A stretch of DNA of 64,000 nt, taken from the NCBI GenBank assembly GCA_026770705.1, contig JANJGN010000021.1, positions 98,022,001 through 98,086,000 of the forward strand. The letters run 5' to 3'. Positions 1 through 11,229 of the stretch are shown here, piece by piece. A model generated the notes under the pieces. The model was not told the DNA's origin. It saw only the letters and a program-made list of their open reading frames with translations, and did no database searches. The DNA is from Isurus oxyrinchus. Lineage: Eukaryota. How positions within the stretch are numbered: the first letter of the stretch is position 1; each line of letters opens with the position of its first letter. The position numbers were made by a program, and so were the translations under genes.

Positions 1-402
1 TAAAAATCCAATTTATCTCAAGGCTTCTGCTTGTTGGGGCGATTTAAGCTGAAAAACCGCCTCTCGCGTTTTGTTGTTTATAAGTGGACGTTTCAGATCG
101 ATTGGTTTAAGGTGAATGAGTGTGTGATTTTCATTTAGTGACATGGGATACTGAGCATTAATCGCTGTCCATGGCAGTAGTTAATGATGTAATTTGCACT
201 GAGAACAATAAATGTGTAGCTAGATCTTAGTAAGAAAAACAATAAGCCCTTTCGCCGCCAGTTTCATTCAGTCCTTACCTGTTTCTCGCCACACACTCAA
301 TACAGATTGGTTAAGGAGATGTCTCGCAGCGAATGAATAAGAAAACAAATGCTGAAAACGCTCAGCTGCCTAGGCAGCAACTGTGCCTCCAAGTACAAGA
401 TG

Positions 403-2410
403 AACATAGGAAGTACGGCACGATTAGGTCCTCTGTTCCTTCGAGCCTGTTTCGCCATTCAGCTGGATGATGTCTGATCTTCTAATTCAACGCCGTGCTC
501 CAGCTGCCTCCACAACTCCCTTGATGTCTTTTAAATCTAGAAACCTAGGGATCACGGTCATGGATGCATCCTTCTTTCATCTACCCTCTCGAGGCCTTCA
601 ATAATTCTCTTGGGTTCAATGAAAGCACTTCTCATTCTTCTAAACTCTAGAGAATATAGAGCCATTGTCCTCAATCTCCCCTCTTAGGAGAGTATCACCA
701 TCCCATAGGCCAATCTGATGAAACCCTGTTACACCCCCTCAAGGGCAAGTATATCGATCTTTAGCTAAGGAAACCTAAAACGTCAAACAATACTCCAGCC
801 GCAGCCTCACCAAGGCTGCATACATTTGCAGAAAAGCCTCGTTACTCCAGCACTCAAATTCACATGCAATCGAGGCCATGAAACCATTTAGATTTCCAAT
901 TGTATGTTACATCTCCATTTAACTTTCAGGGTCTTATGAACATGGTCATCTCGGCCCCATGGGAGATCAAAATTTCCCTACCTCTCACCATATTCTGCAT
1001 TTCTGTTTTCCAAACAAAGTGGGAAACTTCACATTTTTCTGCTTTATATCGCATGTTCTTGGCCACTCACTTAGCCTGCCTAAAACCCCTTGAAGCCTAT
1101 TTACATTCACCTCTCACGCCTAATTCCCGTCCAGTTTTGTGTCATCAGCAAACTTTAAAATATTACATTTGGACCCAACATCCAAATCATTGACATTGTG
1201 AATAGCAGGAACGTAAGCGCTTCTCCTTGCAGTACCCCACTTGTCACAGCCTGCCATCCAGAGAATTACACGTTTATTCGTATGTTTTATTTTTCTGCCC
1301 ATTACCATTTCTCGAATTATGCAAATACATTGTCCCCAAACCCAAGTACGCTCCAATTTTATATACAAACGAGCTATAAGGGGCCTTATAGAAGGCTTTC
1401 CGAAAATCTAAATATGCCACATGTCCACTCTATCCTATGCATTCCGCTATTAACATCTTAAATAGCCAAACAGGATTTCCTTTCAAAATCCATACTGAGT
1501 CTGTCAAATCCTATCATTATTTTCTAAGTATCCAGATATCACTTTCTTTATAATAAATCATGGAATTTTCACCACAATTGAAATCAGGCTAAAAGGCCCA
1601 CAGTTCCTCATTTTCTCTCTCCTTATTTTCTTGCATAGTGTGATCAAATTTGTTACCTTCCAATCTGCAGAAATGTTTCCAGATTCAATATAAGTTTGGA
1701 AAATGAACACTGATTGTAGCTCTAAAGTCAGCCACCGTGGAGTGTTGGTCGTCATCAGGTCCAGGGTTGTATCAAATTTAAGTTTTTTTTTCTCCAGCAT
1801 TATTACCTTTTAGATATATAAAGGCGAAATACCGCAGGTATGGAACGGTTTATCAAACATTTTTTTGTTTTTGTTCCTGTTAGTAATAGTAGTTTATTTA
1901 TTTCCCCATTTTAATTAGTCTCTTGGTTCCATAGTACTCTTGAGAGGTTTCCTTATTCTATCTTCCACCGTGAAGAAAGGTGCAGCCTTTTGCTTAGTTG
2001 ATACTGCCACTTCCTTATTTCCCATCATCCATTCCCTTCTCGCTGGCTGTGCTGGGACCACATTTTCTTTGCTAATCTTTCGCCTCCCTTTTTAAGTACC
2101 TATGTAAATGTTTACAGACTATTGTTTATGGTTCTCGCTTGTTAACTTCCTATTCTGCTTCCTACTTCTTTATCAGTTTTTTTTTGGTCTTCAAACGGCG
2201 AATCTCAAAATGCTGCCCATCGAGTCTATCCACTTTATTGGCAATTGTATACGTCTTGTCCTTTCAGGTAAAACAACATTCAAATTATCTTGCTACCCAT
2301 AATTGGATCACATTTACTGTGAGTTCTTTTTGATCCTCAAAGCAATGTGCAGAATGTAAATGCATTGTCGGCCATAAATATGTACAAAGCATGTCTATCA
2401 TCGTAACTTA
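403..2410 (-). mobile_element. Decayed CR1-clade LINE (RT region and 3' end)
   Basis: Minus-strand RT remnants NDLDVGSKCNILKFADDTKLDG (ORF 1120-1368) and SADWKVTNLITLCKK..NCGPFSLISIVVKI (ORF 1558-1800); CR1-like 3' UTR near 403-480; many stops and frameshifts. Confidence 0.85.
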
Positions 2411-2929
2411 AATTGTATTTCGTAAATCTGCCCTAAACTATTTGCAGGCTGATGGACAGATCTTACTTAAATATGCCGGACCTGGAGAGTTCCCCCAGTG
2501 GAAGCATTTCGATTTTCCACCTATTCACGCGAAACCATGCCTCCCTTGAACTATTTAAGTCCTGGCGTGAAACTAGCCTTTATTTAAAATTCGCTGCTTA
2601 AAGAACCAACTGGTGCGAGGATGAACGAGCTGATTTCTCCTCTTCCTGAGGAACCATGGAACCCTGAGCCTCTCCATGTTCTCGTATTCCTGTCAGCCTT
2701 CTCCTTCTCCTAACGATTCCCTCCTCCTCACTGCAGGTAGTGTCTCCAACTACGGCAAAAATCCCCATTTGACTCAGAAAATTTTCACTTTTCATTCAAT
2801 TTATTTTTATTTTGTATTCACTTATTTTTATTTTTAATCATTTTATTGTTTTATTAATTTATTAATTGTTTAATGCCCCCTTTTAATCGTCCCATTTTAT
2901 CGCATTTTCAATCCTACTTTTCACCACCC

Positions 2930-3348
2930 CAGTGCAACCTCTTGAAGGGCCATCTCTTACTTGTTCATGTTGTTCTTTTCAGAGTGCTTACCTTTTTTCT
3001 GTTTTATCACATTCTGCTTTCTTACCTTTGCTACTTTCAGCACGTTCTTTAGCCCTTACCACTGTCATTAACTCTCCCTTTGTCTTTTTGTTCATGACAT
3101 CGTTATCATTTTTTCCTCTGCCCCCGCCTATATCGTTGGTCTTCTATCCAGCCTTGCCTGCTCCACCCACCTTAAACAGAATAATTTCATCACAGTTCTA
3201 TTTCTCTCCAGCTCTGAAGGAGGATGACACGGACTGTAAACGTCAACTCTGGTTTTCTCTCCACAGATGCTGTCACACCTGCTGAGATTTTGTAGCACTT
3301 TCTGTTTTTGTTTCAGATTTCCTGCATATAACGTATTTTGCTTTTACT
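2930..3348 (+). mobile_element. Decayed Neptune-type PLE 3' UTR/pseudo-LTR remnant
   Basis: 3210-3348 (ctctgaagga..aaacgtcaactct..ccacagatgctg..cctgctgag..tttctgtttttgtttcagatttcc..gtattttgctttta) parallels 11131-11232 plus the tail seen at 8262-8293. Confidence 0.75.
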
Positions 3349-3829
3349 TTTCACCCCACCCCTGTGCAAGTTACAGGAAACTGAGTCATCAAAAGAGCCT
3401 CTGAATCAGAGGAGAGATCTCTTCGTGAGCATGTTCGTCAGTCCACGCAAAAGTGCAGTACCTGCAGTCAATAGACGTTGAACTGACTCTTGTCTCAGCT
3501 ACAGATTTAATGCATGTCAATACATGCTTGCACCTATAAGAAAACGGATTCCCCAGCCTCTCGTAAATCTCGCCCTGAAGGCGTATTTTCTTCCGGCTTA
3601 TTATTGCAGTGAGATACATTGTTAATTAGTTTAACTGCCTCTTGAAATTTTATTTAAATTAGGCGGGCGGGTCCCCGCATCCTTGAAACTGCCTGCGTAC
3701 GGTATTATAGAAAAGTAACTTGATGATGCCATAAAAGGCGCCCCCCGTGGTCATCTCGCCTTATTATGCGCTCCAGAAACTCTCCCGATCTTGGAATGTA
3801 GAATTCGGCAACATGAAATATTTTTGGTG

Positions 3830-4024
3830 TAAAAAAACGTCTGGTTACCTAATGTCTTTGAGGCAATGATATCTGTTTTCCATACTTGATCTGGCCTGCA
3901 CATCTGCAGGCCTACACCAATGAGGTTGACTCTTAAATGCTCTCTGAATAAGGGCAATTAGAGGCGGACACTAAATGTTGGCCCAGCCAGCATCTCCCAC
4001 ATGCACGAATGAATATTAAAAAGA
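3830..4024 (+). mobile_element. tRNA-derived SINE fragment (SacSINE1/DeuSINE-like), 3' part
   Basis: ggttgactcttaaatgctctctgaataagggcaattagaggcggacactaaatgttggcccagccagc..cccacat..gaatgaatattaaaaa matches the SINE copies at 5875-6220 and 44194-44513. Confidence 0.7.
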
Positions 4025-4029
4025 AACTA

Positions 4030-4500
4030 GCCTGGGAAGCCGCAGGCGATTGTCAGGGACTTGCTGCCCTAAGGCGTTTCCTAGCAGAGCAAAGCCTGGA
4101 ATGTGGAAGTACAGAATGTTTGCCCTCTTGAATCATCGATGGCTGTTTCACGTGCACTACATGGATAAAACACGCATTTCCAGGCTGTGGCGAACTTGCT
4201 GTCGGAAGGAACACCAATATATATCTTGCAAATATGCCTGCCCACGCCCTAAATTTTACCGGGTTCAGAATCATTGAGTGGGAAACTCTTGATGCTAGCC
4301 GCAGTGTTTGGAGAGGAGCTGTCAGGAATGGTCGGGAAGAGCAGAGAACAAGTGAAACGATGAGATGGAGGTATACAGATTCCGGCGAAAAGAAATCGGT
4401 TTGGCCTTGGGCTGGGTTATTAATTTCTGCCCGCTGCGGAGGTGATTGTCAATAGTGAGTCGGTCTCGAAAGCCACAACACATGATGTTCATTCCAGGCG
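4030..4500 (+). mobile_element. Decayed RTE-clade LINE, ORF C-terminus
   Basis: Remnants MFALLNHRWLFHVHYMDKTRI, WETLDASRSVWRGAVRNG and a terminal zinc-finger-like ARCGGDCQ..VGLESH, typical of RTE ORF ends. Confidence 0.7.
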
Positions 4501-4904
4501 TGTCATATAAACCGGGCGCAGTTCATAGTTTCCGCTAAAAAGAATGGTGCCAGAGAGACATAAAGTAGCATGTGCGCGCGCATTTGTGTTTGCTGGAGGG
4601 GATGAGTCTGTTTGATGGAAATGTGTTGTGATGGGGGAAATGTGTGTTTCTTGGTTTATTGCAACTCCAAGTGCGTTAACACGCTGTCGCCTCTGTGATT
4701 GTCAATTCGGCCAAAACGGTGTCTTCGTCATTGTCGGATTAAAGGCATCCTTCTTTATTGGATGGCGTTACGAACATATGTTTGTTTGACGTACGATTAT
4801 ACGTTGCATTAGTATAATGATATCGGCTGAAATGAAATCTCAGCGAAGTTACATCAGCAAAGTCTTGCTTCGCACAGTTGACAAGAAATAAAAGACTAGG
4901 TTTG

Positions 4905-5032
4905 TTTTTATTCCTATTCCTATTCTTCCTGCTCATCCTCTTTCTTCTCCTTCTTATGTTTCTTCTTTTTCTTCTACTTATTAATATTACTATTATCATC
5001 ATCATCATCATCATCATCACCATGATGATTAT
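4905..5032. repeat. Compound microsatellite/low-complexity tract (TTC-, ATT-, ATC-rich)
   Basis: Visible (ATC)n run at ~4994-5018 preceded by TTC/TTA-rich sequence. Confidence 0.9.
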
Positions 5033-5874
5033 TTAAAACGTGTGTGGAAAATATTGGTGTACGTTGAAACAGAAAGTGGAACGGATTTACAAAACTAGAA
5101 GGACAATGTAACTGTTGACATTGGTTGGCATGGGGATATTGTTTCAAATAAGTGTCCTTGTATCCGTTCGCTTGTTCCAATCGTGTGTTATTTTTAAACG
5201 AAAATCGCTAATTACCCTCTCAAGCATTTTTAATGTTGCAAATGTTAAAAGTAGCTTACCTCTAGAACATTCTTGTGCACCAAAGTTCACAGTGCAAAGA
5301 ATTCCTTGACGTAACACACATTTGTTCAAAAAGTCTTGGGAAACGTGGCTGAATTCAAGTTTAATCTATTCTGATGGTAGTGTGAGTGTGAAGCGCAGAG
5401 ATAAAGACCCCAGCATTGGCTAGAAATTGAACAAAGGTCTGCAACACTGAAGATAATTATTTCACCCTTCAACCAACACTGCTAACATGAAGCACGAGCC
5501 AAGTGCCCAGTAGGAATTTAACCCTGAATTTTTCCTAAGTGAGGTGGAGACATGATGCAGGATATTGTTTTATAATTTCATCTTTTTAAAATATGCAATG
5601 AAAAGTTTACTTCTGCACTGTTGCAAGTTATGTGAACACTCATTACATCATCCAATGTGATCGTTCCTTTGATAGATGCTAAAACGACTTTCACTTTTTT
5701 TCCCCCTCCTCTTCTCGAAATACTTTTTGAGCAGGAATTTTGAGTACCGAGTACTTGCGCCTTTTGAGTCGGGTGTTTGCTTTTATTTGCTCGACCCATC
5801 TCACTAAATGAGGCTGCAGCTCGTTGACTTAATTTAACAAACTATTTGTATTTAACCACATACAATCACAGTAT

Positions 5875-6220
5875 TTTATTCGTTCATGGGATGTGGGTAT
5901 CGCTGGCCAGGCCACCATTTATGACCCATCCCTAGTTGCCCTTGTTCAGAGGGAATTTTAGAGTATATCACATTGTTTTTGGTCTGGAATTATTTGTAGA
6001 CCTGGGAGGCCAGCAGATTTCCAGAACCAGACGGTTTTTTTTATTGCAACAATTGACAATGGTTCCACGGTCATCACTGGACTGTTTACTGCAGATTTTT
6101 ATTGAATTCAAATTCCACCAACCACTGTGCAGGGATTCAAACCTCGGTCACCAGGCCATTACCATGGGTCCCTGGATTACGTTACCAGAGCTATTACCAG
6201 TACGCCATCGCCTCCCCTAT
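5875..6220 (-). mobile_element. tRNA-derived SINE (SacSINE1/DeuSINE-like), near full length
   Basis: Minus strand begins gggaggcgatggcgtactggtaat (A-box-like), has ggtttgaatccc (B-box-like) and ends tagggatgggtcataaatggtggcctggccagcgatacccacatcccatgaacgaataaaa. Confidence 0.85.
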
Positions 6221-7479
6221 GCCACATCGGTTTTTCCCACTTCTTGGCCCTTCGTATTGCTAAAGAGTTATTTTCACGGGTATTATTACTCTCCAGCAAT
6301 CTACTATTGAACGTGATTTGCCTGTCTGGTGTTCCATGCTGGCGCCCACCCCCATTCCAAATATGATTAAACCTTGACTAAGAACGTTAGAGTAAAGCAG
6401 CATTGCTTTCTGCCCAAAAAATCAGAGTAAAATAAAACATTATTTTTCAATTGTTTGGTAGTTTGAGAATTAGTGCTTATGAATGTAATATGTAGGCAGT
6501 GTGGAGAACTTTGTCAAGTGAACCTTGAAAAGAGAGTACTTCGAGCATCTTGGAATCGAACTATATTTAAGGTTAGTATTTTATTTCTTAATTATGAGAA
6601 CGCATGATTGACTATATTTACACTCTGGACTTCTTTTTCTGTATAACATGTTGATATGTGAGTTTCTCTTCATAGTATTGAATTAGATTCCTTGAGCACC
6701 ATGTAGTATCTTTGCTTGTGAGATCATTCTGGGTATATGCTCGATAACATTATGATATTTAGATCAAAATGGAAAATAATAATGCAGGTATAAATTACTT
6801 AACCCCTGAATAAATAAGTTGATAATCTTCTGGCATCCCTGGTCTATATGTGATTCCAGTCCCACACCAATGTCGTTGATTCTTAACTGCCTTCTGAACA
6901 TGGGCAATTAGGGATGGAGCGTAAATGGTTGCAACAACAGAAAGTGGGACGGGGGTCAACTGAAATTTCAGATGCCGTAATACCTTCCTTGGACAATCCT
7001 AACTATGTAATCATAATATTTTTGAAACAGATCTCGATGAAGGGCTGAAAAGGCAATAGCACGTCAATGGCGATTCTATTTCCAAACGGAAGAGAGGGAG
7101 GTGAGAAAACGAAAGGGATTATAATATTAGTTGAGGAAGCAAGTAGAACTGAGAGAAGGGTTAATATGCCGGTAGGATCCTCCAATGATGCCTTCCGATT
7201 TGGACAGAGGGACACAAAGGGAATAAACCATTTTGTTGACCGCCTTTCATTGATACCATTCAGTTTTCTTGCTCTCATTGAGACTGCCGTTGGGTCCTTG
7301 GGCCTTAAATATTCTTGGCTGCACTGAAGTATCTAAGTATGCCGTGGCTCTCGGTGAGCAGCTGTCTTTTCTCATCTCTTTCCATCCACCGTCTGTTCTT
7401 TGTCTGTAGACCTGCTTTCTTTCCATCCCACCTGCTTTGTGCTTCCAGTTCAGGAATATCTTGCACTTGCAGTTTAGTA

Positions 7480-8261
7480 GCTCCTGGATCTCCTGAATCT
7501 TTTCATTAAACACACCTTGATGTTTCCTGTTGGAGACACAAAGAACATCCGTGCAAGTGCTGGTAATGGTAGACTTAAGGGCAGACAAGGCACAGGGGCA
7601 TCTATGGTCCTAGTCCATTGCGCATCACCAGATTGCTTGTGAGGCACTGCCTCAATAGGTCTTTCAGAGCAGAGTCCTTTCGTCCAAAGACATTGATTTT
7701 CCTGCGGCAGCACTTTTAGGCCAGAATTATGAAATTAATCGCTTGGATAAGGCGATGGTTGGCCAAGCAGTCATCAGATCATGTTATGGCACGAGTGATA
7801 TGACCATTCTTGCAGTCCCTCACTCAAACGGTGATGTCGTCAAACAGGTGTCAATGTTAGGTGCGAGGGTGTTAGCATGAAGTATGTTTTTTTTCTCTCT
7901 GATGACAAATGGTGTTCATCCTGATAATACAATGTTCTCCACATTTCGTCAGAAGGAGAACGCCGTTTGCGTCAACTTTCCCTACATCTTCCATGCCAAT
8001 CAAGTTTGTCCAGAGTTTTGCGCCCCTCCAAACTCTGAGATTGAAGTCACCGAGATAAATTAGCTTGTCTCCCTTTCGGATACGGGGCAACAAGTTATCA
8101 ATGCTAAAGTCGAATTCCTCGTTGGCCCCATAATCTGCTTCGACAGTTGTGGCTTAGGCACTTATGGCAGTCGTCGACTGCCTCCGGGCTAGGGTGCGCC
8201 TTCGGAAAATGAGATGTTCGTTTACCCCAGAAGAAAGCTCGCTAAGATGGTCAAATAGTTA
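7480..8261 (-). mobile_element. Decayed RTE-clade LINE, APE endonuclease region (downstream half, split by the PLE insertion)
   Basis: Minus translation SGVNEHLIFRRRTLARRQSTTAISA*ATT..LPRIRKGDKLIYLGDFNLRV..GKVDANGVLLLTKCGEH (ORF 7872-8093): APE GDFN motif in RTE context. Confidence 0.85.
8248..8261 (+). repeat. Left target-site duplication tggtcaaatagtta
   Basis: Identical 14-mer recurs at 11230-11243; the first 3 nt (tgg) overlap the element end, so the true TSD is 11-14 bp. Confidence 0.9.
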
Positions 8262-8359
8262 TAAAAACAAAGAAAACTGCGGATGCTGGAAATCCAAAAC
8301 AAAAACAGAATTACCTGGAAAAACTCAGCAGGTCTGGCAGCATCAGCGGAGAAGAAAAG

Positions 8360-8398
8360 AGTTGACATTTCGAGTCCTCATGACCCTTCGACAGAATT
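8360..8398 (-). ncRNA. Minimal type I hammerhead-like motif, left-arm copy (two extra mutations)
   Basis: Minus strand AAUU CUGUCGA A GGGUC AUGAG GACUC GAAAUGUC AACU; the ACGU palindrome is lost by CpG decay. Confidence 0.5.
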
Positions 8399-8790
8399 TG
8401 ATATCGAGTCCAAGAAAGAGTTGAAATATAAGCTGGTTTAAGTGTGTGTGTGGGGGGGCGGAGAGAGAGAGAGAGAAACAGAGGTGCTTGTGTAGACAAA
8501 CAAGCAGTGATAGAAGCAGATCATCAAAAGATGTCAGTGACAATGGTACAAAAGAACACATAGGTGTTAAAGTTAAAGTTGGTGATATTATCTAAACGAA
8601 TGTGCTAATTAAGAATAGATGGTAGGGCACTCAAGGTACAGCTCTAGTGGGGGTGGGGGGAGCATAAAAGATTTTAAAATATTTAAAAATAATGGAAATA
8701 GGTGGGAAAAGAAAAATCTATAAAATTTATAGGGAAAAAAAAGGGGAAAAAAGGGGGAAACAGAAAGGGGGTGGGGATGGGGGAGGGAGC

Positions 8791-9537
8791 TCACGACCTA
8801 AAGTTATTGAATTCAATATTCAGACCGGAAGGCTGTAAGGTGCCTAGTCGGAAGATGAGGTGTTGTTCCTCCAGTTTGCGTTGGGCTTCACTGGAACAAT
8901 GCAGTAAGCCAAGGACAGACATGTGGGCAAGAGAGCAGGGTGGAGTGTTAAAATGGCAAGCGACAGGGAGGTTTGGGTCATTCTTGCGGACAGACCGCAG
9001 GTGTTCTGCAAAGCGGTCGCCCAGTTTACGTTTGGTCTCTCCAATGTAGAGGAGACCACATTGGGAGCAACGAATGCAGTAGACTAAGTTGGGGGAAATG
9101 CAAGTGAAATGCTGCTTCACTTGAAAGGAGTGTTTGGGCCCTTGGATGGTGAGGAGAGAGGAAGTGAAGGGGCAGGTGTTACATCTTTTGCGTGGGCATG
9201 GGGTGGTGCCATAGGAGGGGGTTGAGGAGTAGGGGGTGATGGAGGAGTGGACCAGGGTGTCCCGGAGGGAGCGATCCCTATGGAATGCCGATAAGGGGGG
9301 TGAAGGGAAGATGTGTTTGGTGGTGGCATCATGCTGGAGTTGGCGGAAATGGCGGAGGATGATCCTTTGAATGCGGAGGCTGGTGGGGTGATAAGTGAGG
9401 ACAAGGGGGACCCTATCATGTTTCTGGGAGGGAGGAGAAGGCGTGAGGGCGGATGCGTGGGAGATGGGCCGGACACGGTTGAGGGCCCTGTCAACGACCG
9501 TCGGTGGAAAACCTCGGTTTAGGAAGAAGGAGAACAT
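8791..9537 (-). CDS. PLE ORF fragment: RT thumb/linker plus intact GIY-YIG endonuclease (left arm), 248 aa
   Basis: Open frame near-identical to the C-terminal 248 aa of ORF 9395-10735; VY..YIGETKR..DRFAEH..ACHFN..KLEEQ..GLN. Confidence 0.8.
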   Translation of the reverse strand: MFSFFLNRGFPPTVVDRALNRVRPISHASALTPSPPSQKHDRVPLVLTYHPTSLRIQRIILRHFRQLQHDATTKHIFPSPPLSAFHRDRSLRDTLVHSSITPYSSTPSYGTTPCPRKRCNTCPFTSSLLTIQGPKHSFQVKQHFTCISPNLVYCIRCSQCGLLYIGETKRKLGDRFAEHLRSVRKNDPNLPVACHFNTPPCSLAHMSVLGLLHCSSEAQRKLEEQHLIFRLGTLQPSGLNIEFNNFRS

Positions 9538-10735
9538 GTCAGAGGAACCGTTTTTGAAGGTAGCATCATCGGAACAGATGCGACGAAGGCATCTCTTTAT
9601 GGGATATGTGGAACATTCCTTGTTGCAGTCCTACCCCGGCCCCCTTCCACAACTTTTTCTCCGGTACATCGATGATTACTTCGGTGCCGCTTCATGCTCT
9701 CGTCGGGACTTGGAAAAATTTATTAATTTTGCTTCCAATCTCCACCCCTCCATCATTTTCACGTGGTCCATCTCTGACACTTCCCTTCCCTTCCTTGACC
9801 TCTCTGTCTCAATCTCTGGTGATAGACTGTCCACCAATATCCATTACAAACCCACCGACTCCCACAGCTACCTCGACTACAGCTCCTCACACCCCGCTTC
9901 CTGTAAGGACTCCATCCCATTCTCCCAGTTCCTTCGCCTTCGTCGCATCTGTTCCGATGATGCTACCTTCAAAAACGGTTCCTCTGACATGTCCTCCTTC
10001 TTCCTTAACCGAGGTTTTCCACCGACGGTCGTTGACAGGGCCCTCAACCGTGTCCGGCCCATCTCCCACGCATCCGCCCTCACGCCTTCTCCTCCCTCCC
10101 AGAAACATGATAGGGTCCCCCTTGTCCTCACTTATCACCCCACCAGCCTCCGCATTCAAAGGATCATCCTCCGCCATTTCCGCCAACTCCAGCATGATGC
10201 CACCACCAAACACATCTTCCCTTCACCCCCCTTATCGGCATTCCGTAGGGATCGCTCCCTCCGGGACACCCTGATCCACTCCTCCATCACCCCCTACTCC
10301 TCAACCCCCTCCTATGGCACCACCCCATGCCCACGCAAAAGATGTAACACCTGCCCCTTCACTTCCTCTCTCCTCACCGTCCAAGGGCCCAAACACTCCT
10401 TTCAAGTGAAGCAGCATTTCACTTGCATTTCCCCCAACTTAGTCTACTGCATTCGTTGCTCCCAATGTGGTCTCCTCTACATTGGAGAGACCAAACGTAA
10501 ACTGGGCGACCGCTTTGCAGAACACCTGCGGTCTGTCCGCAAGAATGACCCAAACCTCCCTGTCGCTTGCCATTTTAACACTCCACCCTGCTCTCTTGCC
10601 CACATGTCTGTCCTTGGCTTACTGCATTGTTCCAGTGAAGCCCAACGCAAACTGGAGGAACAACACCTCATCTTCCGACTAGGCACCTTACAGCCTTCCG
10701 GTCTGAATATTGAATTCAATAACTTTAGGTCGTGA
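9395..10735 (+). CDS. PLE RT (C-terminal half) plus GIY-YIG endonuclease; N-terminal ~65 codons are antisense sequence from the inverted arm
   Basis: From 9591: LFMGYVEH (end of motif B), FLRYIDDYF (motif C), LPFLDLSV, YKPTDSHSYLDYSSSHP, then Cys linker and GIY-YIG. Track start 9395 is GTG; first ATG is 9464. RT motif A is absent. Confidence 0.9.
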   Translation: MRTRGTLSCFWEGGEGVRADAWEMGRTRLRALSTTVGGKPRFRKKENMSEEPFLKVASSEQMRRRHLFMGYVEHSLLQSYPGPLPQLFLRYIDDYFGAASCSRRDLEKFINFASNLHPSIIFTWSISDTSLPFLDLSVSISGDRLSTNIHYKPTDSHSYLDYSSSHPASCKDSIPFSQFLRLRRICSDDATFKNGSSDMSSFFLNRGFPPTVVDRALNRVRPISHASALTPSPPSQKHDRVPLVLTYHPTSLRIQRIILRHFRQLQHDATTKHIFPSPPLSAFRRDRSLRDTLIHSSITPYSSTPSYGTTPCPRKRCNTCPFTSSLLTVQGPKHSFQVKQHFTCISPNLVYCIRCSQCGLLYIGETKRKLGDRFAEHLRSVRKNDPNLPVACHFNTPPCSLAHMSVLGLLHCSSEAQRKLEEQHLIFRLGTLQPSGLNIEFNNFRS

Positions 10736-11127
10736 GCTCCCTCCCCCATCCCCACCCCCTTTCTGTTTCCCCCTTTTTTCCCCTTTTTTTCCCTATAAAT
10801 TTTATAGATTTTTCTTTTCCCACCTATTTCCATTATTTTTAAATATTTTAACATCTTTTATGCTCCCCCCACCCCCACTAGAGCTGTACCTTGAGTGCCC
10901 TACCATCTATTCTTAATTAGCACATTCGTTTAGATAATATCACCAACTTTAACTTTAACACCTATGTGTTCTTTTGTACCATTGTCACTGACATCTTTTG
11001 ATGATCTGCTTCTATCACTGCTTGTTTGTCTACACAAGCACCTCTGTCTCTCTCTCTCTCTCTCCGCCCCCCCACACACACACCTTAAACCAGCTTATAT
11101 TTCAACTCTTTCTTGGACTCGAAATCA

Positions 11128-11166
11128 AGTTCTGTCGAAGGGTCATGAGGACTCGAAACGTCAACT
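11128..11166 (+). ncRNA. Minimal type I hammerhead-like ribozyme motif in the PLE pseudo-LTR
   Basis: AGUU-CUGUCGA-A-GGGUC AUGAG GACUC-GAAAC-GUC-AACU: stem I AGUU/AACU, stem II GGGUC/GACUC, palindromic ACGU in place of stem III, predicted cut after C11162. Core deviates from CUGANGA. Confidence 0.65.
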
Positions 11167-11229
11167 CTTTTCTTCTCCGCCGATGCTGCCAGACCTGCTG
11201 AGTTTTTCCAGGTAATTCTGTTTTTGTTT

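Noticed and set aside
4739-5023. 94-aa ORF with poly-Met and Arg/Lys runs
   Set aside because: Translation of an ATC/TTC microsatellite; no domain signal.
8311-11215. Numerous overlapping short ORFs (e.g. 8702-9049, 9117-9494, 9606-10274, 10477-10854)
   Set aside because: Alternate-frame or antisense shadows of the PLE, duplicated by the palindrome.
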